Shown: positions 48,670-58,480 of the stretch, piece after piece | Numbering within the stretch: the first letter of the stretch is position 1 | Layout: each line of letters begins with the position of its first letter | Source of the DNA: Vitrella brassicaformis CCMP3155 | Lineage: Eukaryota; Protista; Chromerida | Assembly: GCA_001179505.1 (NCBI GenBank) | Contig: CDMY01000279.1 | Span: 62,001 to 126,000, forward strand | Length of the DNA: 64,000 nucleotides | Direction: 5' to 3' | The notes under the pieces: model-generated | Seen by the model: only the letters and a program-made list of their open reading frames with translations | What the model was told of the DNA's origin: nothing | Database searches by the model: none | Program-made: the position numbers and the translations under genes

Positions 48670-50995
48670 TCAGGTTTGCCAGTCGTCGCCCGGCCCCGGC
48701 GGCCCCGGCAGCCAGAGGGATACGGCGAACCGCTTCCGATGACACAGCAGCACCTCGTGGGGCATGTCACGACTCCTGCACACACATGCACCGCACCCAG
48801 GACAGATACAGAACAAAGACACACAGAGGCCGTAGACACAACCACCATTTCCACACGCACCTGAAGAGGACGAGTCTGTCGCCCTTGGGCAAGATGTCCT
48901 GGATGGCAGGCGTGTCGTCGTCGGCCTCACTCCCATCGCCGTCTGGAGGTGTGCTGCCGCCCTTCGAGCGGCCATATGGGTTCCGCCGCGGCCCATATAT
49001 GCGGAGGGCCCCGCCGTCACTCTCCTGACCGGCCAAGCAAGCATACGGCCGTGCAGGGCTCTGCAGGCCTGCTGCCCCCTTGTTTGGTGTGAGTGATCTG
49101 TGCGTGTGTACCGTCCAGTCCTGTGGATTGGGGTAGTAGATAGCCGTGATCTTGCGGCCATTGTTGGTCTTGGCGTCGTAACTGCAACCACAAACAGCGA
49201 TAAGCAGCTGAGCTGGCTGCGGCCGGCATTCTTGTGTGTCTGTTCTGTTCTGTTCTTCGCCTGACCCTCCGTCGATGTGTCGCTTGTAGAAGGTGCCCTT
49301 GGCGTGATAGCACGCCAGCTGAAACGTCGACGACATCTGCACACACAGATTACACACACACAGATCCACCACCGGCGTGTTGAAGTGGTGGGTCTGGCGT
49401 GGTGTGGTGTGTTGACGACCTGCAGGTAGAGGTTGGCCTTCTTGTTGAGCTCAAATGGGAGGGACGACAGCACCTCAAACACACCCCACAAATGCTGCAC
49501 ACACACGGGAGAAGCCAGATAAACGGTGGGGCTCTGTTTAAGGATAGCATCGTGCATCTACGTGAGTGTGGCTGGGGCGGTGTCACTGCTGACCTTGTGT
49601 TGTATGCGGTCGATGTCGGCGAATGAGAACCAGCCCATGTCGTCACTCCTCGTCCCGCTCAGCTGCTGCTGATACTGCACCGCAGACATGACAACCAGCC
49701 GTACGCCACGCTCATGGCCGTACTGAGTGAATGTATGGGTGTTTACGGTACCACTTGGTTGAATGTGCTAGCGTATTCGAGCATCTCGACCTCGCGATAC
49801 ACCTCGGTGTACTCCTGCATGCACCGCATACAGACACAAACACCCATATCCATCCATCCATCCAGCCGCGCATCCAGGATACACCCACATACACACCTGT
49901 CCGCCCATGAATCCGTCCTGCACAGCGAACCCCGTCCTCATCAAGCTGTGGATGGTCTCGGAACGCAAGCGATCCAAATCAGAACCGCGATAACCACCTG
50001 ATCAGCAAGCAGGGGCCGGGAGGGGAGGGGGCCACATAGGGTAACATAGGGTAGGTGTGTGCTCCACACAGGCGCTTCATCCGTCTGTCCGTCTGTCTGT
50101 CTGTCTGCTTGTCTAGTTGTGCTGACTGACCCACCAGGTGTTGCGAGCAGCCCGCCTTCCCGACTCTCCAGCGACTGGGCACTGCGGATCTGCACACACA
50201 CACATATCCACACAGACCGGCTGCCTTTGGTGCGGAGACAACTGACCTTTGCGTTGACGGTTTGCAGTATTTGTCTGATGAGGGCCTCCTTGAGTATCTC
50301 CTTCTGCACGCCAATGGCCGTCTCCTCGTCCATCACAGCTCCCTCCTCTGACACACACGTGCAACGATACAAACACGACCGAAGGTGTGCTGAACTGGTT
50401 GGTGTGATGCTGACCGACCCTGGGCGGCCTTTCGCCGGACATTTTCGAAGATCTCTGCTGTTCTCTCCATGACGAGCACCACCATGTCCCGCAGACCGTC
50501 ATCGCCGCATACCTCATCCAACAGCTGACCCACACCGTCATCTGCACGCATACACACAGTCACACGCCATCCAGGCAACCAAGCAACTAACGTGAAATTG
50601 CGTCTTTCCCTCTCGCTGGGGTGTGTCTGACCAGGTCCTTTCTTGCACGTGTGATGGTGGTGGTGGTGGTGATGCTGGTGGTGGTGGTGCTGGTGGTCAT
50701 GGCCATGATGGCCCTCGTCATCTGACGCATCATCTTCGTCTGCCGCATCATCGTGACAGTGGTGGTGGTGATGCCGGCCCTTCTCCTCGGTCCCTGTGCC
50801 GGATCTGAGTGGGTGAGGAGAAGCAGAGCAGCCAACATGGATGGATGGATGCCATGTGTGTATTCGACCGCCTGTCCTCTACCTCGCCCGCCTCTCTAGA
50901 TCCAGCATCGCTCGATGGTCGAGAGTGCTCCGCAGCACCGCCACCATCTTGTCCACCGTCTCTTCGTCCCATTCCACCTCCACTTTCCCGTCCAT
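48670..50995 (-). CDS. 2OG-Fe(II) prolyl-4-hydroxylase (PHD/EGLN-like) with an N-terminal His/Asp-rich tract
   Basis: RSDDMGW, QLACY...FYKRHIDGG, RKITAIYYPN, GGALRIY, DRLVLF...HEVLLCHRKRFAVSLW contain the H-x-D...H facial triad and the 2OG-binding Arg. ATG inferred at 50995. Confidence 0.88.
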
Positions 50996-51884
50996 TTTCG
51001 CATCTTGCGAGCTTTGCCCATCTGGCTCGCGTTCCTTCTGGGGGATTGAATGAATGCAGATGGCGCCAATGTCGCCCGGAGTGCTGTAGCAGTGCCTTAA
51101 GAGAGGACCTGCACAGTGCCAGCCATTTTTTACCCGTCCACTTGCCCACCAACACTCTTTCTTCTGTCTGGCTCAGCCTGCATGTCTCTTTGGCTGCTCA
51201 GGTGCGTGTTCCGTCCCCCCAGAGCCCCGCATATCAGCGGCTGCTCCGCCAAGGCCATCCTCTCGACACCATGATGCGGCTGGCAAGGTCAATCCATGCA
51301 CGCATCATGCACCAGCTACAGTCCCCCTCTCGCCCTCACACCACACGCCATGCCAGCCACCATGGACTCACAGGCCAATTGTGGCACTATATGTGTGTAT
51401 GCCCAGACTCCCCTCACGCGCCGTATCGTTCATATATCCATTCCCATCCAGCAGTCCCTTCCCACCAGGCGTCACGTCACCTCGCCTCGCCCACCTACAC
51501 AGAGCGCAGCACCCACAGCACACATGCACACCCAACACAGAGAGATGGATGGAGCACTCATTTCACCCCGACACTCACCCACCTTTATATAATAAGGTCT
51601 TGCGCAGTCTCTTTCTGGTTGACCACCATATTTGCTATGGCGTCCCTCAGCAGGCCGCCCACCAGGGGGGCGGTGGCGGGCCGGCGGTCCGTGAAGGCAG
51701 CCGATGCATCACCCACTGGCGGCTCGGTGGTGAAAGCAGACACACACACTGCATTCAGCAGAACAGCACACGTCAAAGGATGGCTCAATCAGCAAAGGAT
51801 CTCTTATCCGCCCCCTACCTATATGGGTCATGTTGGTATGAGTGATGAGAGTGATCGATGCGACGAATGGGCTGTCTAACGGCG

Positions 51885-53082
51885 TCAGCAGCAGCCGCCG
51901 AAACTCCACCCTATCGGCCCACCTGCAAGCCATGACGGCGGTGCATCGGTTGGGGGGCTGGTGGGGCGACTGGTTGAGGAGGCCGTCCAGCACACCGCCG
52001 TAAGCATGGCTGAGGAGACCAACACATAACAGAGGGAAGAGGCCGTGATGGATGGATGGATGTCTGTCTGAGTGTGGTGTGTCCTGTGTACCGGTACGCC
52101 CGAACCCACGGAGTTCTGCCCGGATTGGCCATTCGGGGGGCCAAGATGGTCTTCATGATGAACGCCGACACCGAGGCATCAGTGGTCTCCTCACCACCGG
52201 CCACCCAGCTGCCCCCCCGCGGCGTGATTCGGCTTCTGACGGGCGGGTTGTCGTTGATGGCGTGTGTGTGGAATGGGTGGGCGGGGGGGAGGGGGGAGGG
52301 CGATGTCCAGCTCGAAGCCCGCCTCGTCGCGGAGGGCACGCACCATGCTCCATAGCGCCTCGATGGCCTTGTGCTTCCCGTACTTTGCTGCAATCAGGAG
52401 CGGTGTCTTGATGTAGAGGACATCCTCACGCGAATCCTCTGCGCCTTCCTCGGGATTCAGGCCGCGTCATCTCCAGCCCTCAAGAGCAGTGCGGCCATAG
52501 TGCCGTCGTTGACTATGACGGCCACGCACAAGGGCGATAGTTGATGATCTCATAGCCGGTTGATGTCAGCACGACGATCAATCAGCGCCGTTGCAACCAA
52601 ATCGAGGCTGCCTTGCGATGCCGCCAAGTGGAGAGCCGTGACGCCATCCGTCTTGGCGTACTTGTTGAGCAGCAAGCGCACCATGGTGACGTTCTGCAGA
52701 CCACTGCCCCAACTGCCGCTGGCAGACGCCGGTCATGACAGGGGACACGTAGACGAGATGCTGACGAACCCCGAAAAGTCATGGTCATCAGCGGCGAACT
52801 CCAGCTCGTCGCGATACAGAGGCCATCTTGTGAAGAGAAGAGGCAGCGGAAGAGAAGGACGGCCACGACGTCGACGTGATCTCCGATGGTTGGATCTGGT
52901 GATTCCATCTCAGGCAGGCCGTCTTCCCTTGAACCGCACACGTGGACTTTGATGAGTTGGGAGTCGCCGCTCTTGGACCCGATGAAGAGCAGCCCCTGCC
53001 AAGCGGGGGCCGCTGCGTCCCCCATGCGATCCGCAAGGGGCAGAAAGGCCAGGCCGTGGGAGCTCGGGACGCTGCCGGCACC
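51885..53082 (-). pseudogene. Chimeric remnant: DDB1-type beta-propeller fragment followed by interrupted ankyrin repeats
   Basis: GSVPSSHGLAFL...GLLFIGSKSGDSQLIKV (52936-53082). Then VRLLLNKYAKTDGVTALHLAASQGSLDLVATALIDRRADIN-stop-SPLCVAV...LLLRAG-stop and a frameshifted TPLLIAAKYGKHKAIEAL. Confidence 0.7.
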
Positions 53083-53754
53083 CAGAACAGTAAAAAACAG
53101 GAAGAGATGCCCGACGATTTTGGACAGCGTGGACGTCACCCAGACTCTTCGATGAGGCCTCTGAAGCACTCGGGGCTGCCGAACATTCCGTCTTTCTCGG
53201 GATCGACTGAGGATCGATTTTCCATTTTTCTCGCTTCTGGCAAATTCATTTTGAGATTTTATCACACGAGTGTCTCCTCAGTGAGACCACACACACCTTC
53301 AGTGAAACAAGCGGGCAAAACAAAGAGAGAAAGGGGTGAATGGACTCTACCTTTGAGCTCGCAACTTTTGGTTTCTGAAGAGAAGGCGTCAGGACAGCTC
53401 ATTGGCCATCGCTGACATCGCAGGTACGCAGAGCTGGTGCATCCCTCCCGTGGACTATCTACGTGTGGACGTTGACAGAGGGGCATTTCCATCCGGTAGG
53501 GCTCGGCAAGGGTGAGAGAATCCAGCGTGGGAGGCCTCAGCGTGCGAACGAGGACATGTGAGGGATGCAGGAAGGACCAATAGACACGCCCGACCACAGG
53601 AGGTGGACTGGCGGAGAGTGTAGCTAACCGACGACACGCGTATCAGCTGAGGTGAGATGGCGCCACTCATCCAATGTGTTGGCCGATGATGGATTCCTTC
53701 GAATGAAGGAATGTATGTATGTGTTGCTGGTTGCAGGTTGCTTCACCCGCCGCT

Positions 53755-55860
53755 ATGGCGGCCTCTTCCTCTGATGCTAAGCCTGGTGGTGGTCGTGCGA
53801 GTGAGAGCGATGAGGAGCGACAGCGTCGGGCTGAGAGGGAAATACGCTTCTGGGTGAATGCACCGGTGAGCCAACCACACTCACAAGAGGATACACACCC
53901 TGAGGGGTATTCACATCTCTTGCCGTCCCGTGTGTTGTGTGGGCTGTGTGCAGCCCGGTCTCATTAGCATCGTCATGGCCTTCCTCCCCATCAACCTGCT
54001 CATCCAGCTGCAGCTGCCGCCCCTGATGTGGCAACACGCGGCCCGCAAACAGCACCACCTCACCATCAGCGCGGCCGACGACCACGAGCGGTCGTTCTGG
54101 CAGAGGATCACCATCGATGTCGTCAAGGAATGGGCCACACACCTCAGACAGCTTACCTCCATGATCCTCCGCCACCCCGTCCGCTTCCCTATGTGGTGTT
54201 TCGACGTCTTTGTGGCCATCATCGAGGGCCACATTGCCGGCCGACGGGCAGCCAACATCCAAGGAGGGACACTGCATACCATCACCATCAAAAAGGGGGT
54301 TCGGCTGACCGGCACGGCGAGGCAGAGCGTCGCACGCACAAATCCGCCCCTCCCAGCCCCTCTCGACCCGTTCCCGACCCTCAACGCACTCGAGACCATT
54401 GAGGGTCTGACCCGCGAGCATCGACAGCTGGCCGACCGACACTGCCTGGTGCCCTCACTCGCCACCGTGCGGCAGGAGGGGTGGTGGGCTGACGGATATC
54501 TGTTGGGCCGACTCATCACTTCGTCCCGCTCCCTGCGGTGCGTGGACGGCAGCCTTGACGGTGAGGGGTGGGCGGATGTGTTAGAGCGCATCCCTGCGGC
54601 ACCGGCTGGGCAGCTGAAGGGGGGGCTACTCGCTCAGCTGGAGAGCATCGGCACTATCGTGGTCAATGATGCAGAACATGACGAGGACGATCTGGCGGGC
54701 ATCGAGCGGCTTCAGGTGATCACAAAGGGCAAGACAGCAGCGCCCGTGGGTTGGCTCGTGATGTCCTTCCTGCATGTGTGTGTCTTCTTGTCTGCCTTCA
54801 GGAAGTGCTCGTTGCGCGTGGCTGCCGACGGTCGCTCAAGCAGCTGCACGTGGCGTTGTTTGCCGCATGCATCGACCGCCACAGCATACCCATACTGCTG
54901 GCCCTGGACCGGCTGGTCACCAGGTGCTGCCGGGCGGACGCCCCACTCACACTCACCACCGCCCTCGTCCGTTCCGGCTTCGACCTCTCCATCTTCTGCG
55001 ACAACAACTTCCCCTCCCACCCCTCGCCCTCACTCAAGACCATGATTCAGCAGCTGGCGCAGCAGGCCACGTCGGTGGCATACACCTTCACCCAGGACGG
55101 CCTCACCGACCCGCACACCAGCCCCAGCCCATCGGCCATCGAGATGGCCAAGACACTCTCATTCGACAAGGCCACCGAGGTGGTCGTCGAGGATGCCCCT
55201 GGCTTCCATCTCCCCGCCACCACCCCACCGCCCCACCCCGCCATCATCACCCACATGCAGCCGTTCCCCAAAGCCTCAGGGCTGGAGGTCTGGAGCAAGC
55301 TGAGCGGTGCAGCCGCCGCCCGGCTGTTTGCCAGCAAGATGCCCAAGGAGCTGACGAGTGTGCACATTGGATTCATGTCGGGTGGGGAGAGGTTGGGCGT
55401 GTTGACGGCGCTGGGGAGGGACAGGAAGGTGGGTACGGTGAAGATGGGGGACATCGGTGTCGACCAACTAGAGCAACTGCTGGTGGGGGCGGCCGACGGA
55501 TTGCCGACGATTGGGAGACTAGACTTCGCGCTGACACGTACGCCGAGAGAAGGGTCGTGTGCCCGTCCATCCTCATTGCTGCCTTGTGTGTGTCCTTCTT
55601 TAGTGCCCGATGGTGTGGAGGATGCGGGCAGCTTCGTCCGCGCCCGCCTCTCATCGGTGGTCCTCTGCATCAGGGGCCTGCGGCATGTGGAGCTGAGAGT
55701 CGACAGGACGACAAACGAGCATCATGGTTCCATCGAGGCCTCCCTCGCTGTCGGCACCAACATCGAGGCCACCAACATCGGTGCCTTCACCATCAAAAGC
55801 ATCAGACGTGTCAACTTTGGGGGCACATGGGTGAAAATAACTGCACCATCCGATGCCTGA
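53755..55860 (+). CDS. Lineage-expanded family protein of unknown function (LRR-like repeats possible)
   Basis: ATG at 53755. Exons MAASSSD...FWVNAP / ...MAFLPINLLIQL...FWQRITIDVVKEWATHLRQLTS...PTLNALETIEGL... / ...LDFAL / ...VKITAPSDA. Coding-like composition but no known domain recognised. Confidence 0.75.
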
Positions 55861-56823
55861 AGGTAATGGCACTTATACACACGAAGGCCTGTGTGACCGT
55901 GTTCGTGTCTGCTCTCTCTCTCTCTCTGTGGGTGTGCGTGTGTGTTGGTGGTGGTGTCTGTCAGGCCGACCATTGTGTGTGGTGGATCATTCATAGCGGA
56001 GGGGCAGACACTTATGTGCTGCATAGCATAGCTGCGGGCCGTGTGTATGTGTGTGTGTGTGTGTGTGGACGAGTGACTAGGTAGCTGTGCAGAATTGACG
56101 GATGGGGGCTGATTGATGCTGCTGTGTGAACCCACCCCACCCACCCACCCATCCATCCGTGACGCATGGCTTGCCGTTGCTTGCCCCACCCACACATAAC
56201 ATACACGCATGCATTACATTGCCGTGGGTAACATGGGTGGGTTCTCGGCCTGCCTTGCCTCGTGCACGTCGGCTGTCTCGTGTCCCTTCTATGTCTCTGT
56301 ATTCTGCATTACATGTAATTTGTATATATGTGTGTGGACGTGTTGGTGGCGGTTGCCTTGCTTGCAATTGCTCGGCGCGGCGGACCCAGACATATGTCTG
56401 ATGCTGCAGCTGATGTGTTAACAACATATGTGCACACCACCCTCTGTCCACTGGTGTCCATCCATCCATCCATCCGCCCACATGACAAGGCACCCGCCCC
56501 ATCACAAACATGGACATACAAAGGTTCACCGTAAGTTTGCCATACATAGCCGGAGAGACAAGTAAGGCTCATGCTCCGGCTCCGACGGCTGCCATCAAGC
56601 AAACACCCTGACTCTCATGGTACATGGGATCGAGGGCAAAGATCTGTCCACAAATATAAAATGCAGCCAGCGATGTGACATGTGGGCTGAAGACACAATA
56701 TATGGACAAAGACATGGCAACACAGAGAGCGACATGGGTCAAATAATCAGCATCTTCGTTCGCGCACTGCTCCACAGCCAGCAGGTGCCTCCAACGCCTC
56801 GAACAGACCTGCTGCTCATGGGG

Positions 56824-58480
56824 CTATATGTGGCGCCAGAGAGCCGGGAGACCTTGTTGCCATTCCTGCTGTCGTGGACCGCGTGGATAAAATGGCTGCG
56901 GGTGGGGATGGATGGCTGTGAACGAGAGTGAAAGGCCCTGCCACGAGCTGGAGAGCTGTGTGTCGGACTCCTTTCCTTGTTTGCCGCTGCGGTCGGTGGA
57001 AGGGGGCCGGCCGCCGCTGTTGAGGTATCGGTAGACGTGATGGGGGAACTCACGGTGGTGCCCCGAGGCCTCACGCTGACGTGACATCAGCTCAGCCCGC
57101 CGACGCCTGGCGTCCTTCATAAACTCATGTTGTTCGACGTGTGGCAGTATGCCCGAGTGGCCTCCATGCGGCTGTAGTCGAGCACCAGGGCGCGCTGACG
57201 GTGCCGCGCTTCCGGGCGAGGGCGCCACCCCCAACAGACACGCCCGGACCTCCAATCATTACACTATCTCATACAGCACCCGCCTTCCTAGCTCCTCCGT
57301 GCGATGCCGTCAGCCCCTCGCCCCTACACGAATGCCCGGCAACGCCTGCGAGGGAACAGCGGACAAAGCGCAAACAGACACGTGTTTGGTATGGACCGCG
57401 CGCAGAGAGCCGATGCAAGCCGTGTGTGTTTCTTCTTACTTGATTGTGGCGTCTGTGAGTTCTCCTCATACGGATGCATCCCCCACGTAATCAGGGCCTG
57501 TGCCATTGGCAGGTCCTTCCTGGCCTCCTCGTTGCGTCCGGCCCCTCTCCCTTCCTCCCACTGGAGCCGCTTCTCCACCGCCCCCAGCAGCCACTTCCAC
57601 CTCTGCATGGCGCTCGCCTCCGTTGCCACCCTCTGCAGATCGCTGACCGCCGTGGCCATGTGAGAGTTGGCGGCCGTCCGCATCTTGTGCGCCTCCTGCC
57701 TCACGGGACCGGCGAAGTGCCGCTCGTACAGCGACTCGGGGTGGCCAACGGCTTCGCTGAAGAACCACCCCTCTTCGCCGTAAAGCTGCCAGCTGTGCCG
57801 GCCCTCGAGAGGATCCATGTGCAGCGCCATGAGTGTGGCTGCCGCCAGCGAACAGACGGAATAGCCATCCGCCTTTCGGCTGAACGGGCCGCGGTAGGAT
57901 GGCGCCGTGGGTTGGGGTGCCGCGCTGGTGCTGCTGGTGCTGCTGTCGCGAATGGCGGCCTCCATGAGGGCGGCGACCCGTCGGATGGCGGCGGGGTCGC
58001 AGTGGGCTGCTCGGCCTCATCGAGCTGCGGGACACATTCAGGCTTATGTGCTGTGTCGACTTTATTGCACGTAACTGACGTACTTGTCGGATCTGTTGTG
58101 GGACTAATAGATGGTCCGAAACACTGTGGAAAGACGTCCGCGGATATAAAATGAAGGCAGCGATACCCTGCGGCTGAAGACACAAATACGGAAAGAGACA
58201 TGGCGAAACACAAACAAGCACATGGAGGAAACAACACCCATACCTTCTCTTCCTCCTCTTTAGGCTGATCGCCTTGATGTCCCGTTGGCATCGTCGTGAA
58301 CAAGGCCAGCCGTGTGGATGGCGTGCAGGGCCGTCAGGACCGACTTGATGAGCCGGCGAGTGCCGTCAGGGGGGAGCTGCAGACGGGCGAGGGTCTGCTG
58401 GATGCGGTGCAGCTGCCGCTCGTCCCTGCCCGACGACGCCAGGCCGACGCGGATGTGGAAGAGGTCCTCGAGGGTGATGG
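56824..58480 (-). pseudogene. Degenerate protein-kinase C-lobe remnant
   Basis: ITLEDL...LIKSVLTALHAIHTAGLVH is followed, after 11 extra nt, by RDIK in another frame. Downstream pieces ADGYSVCSLA (subdomain IX-like) and LITWGMHPY lie in separate ORFs. Confidence 0.45.

Noticed and set aside
50809-51879. 356-aa plus-strand ORF
   Set aside because: Antisense to the PHD 5' region and made largely of intron- or UTR-like microsatellite sequence, with no domain. Likely a chance ORF in GC-rich DNA.
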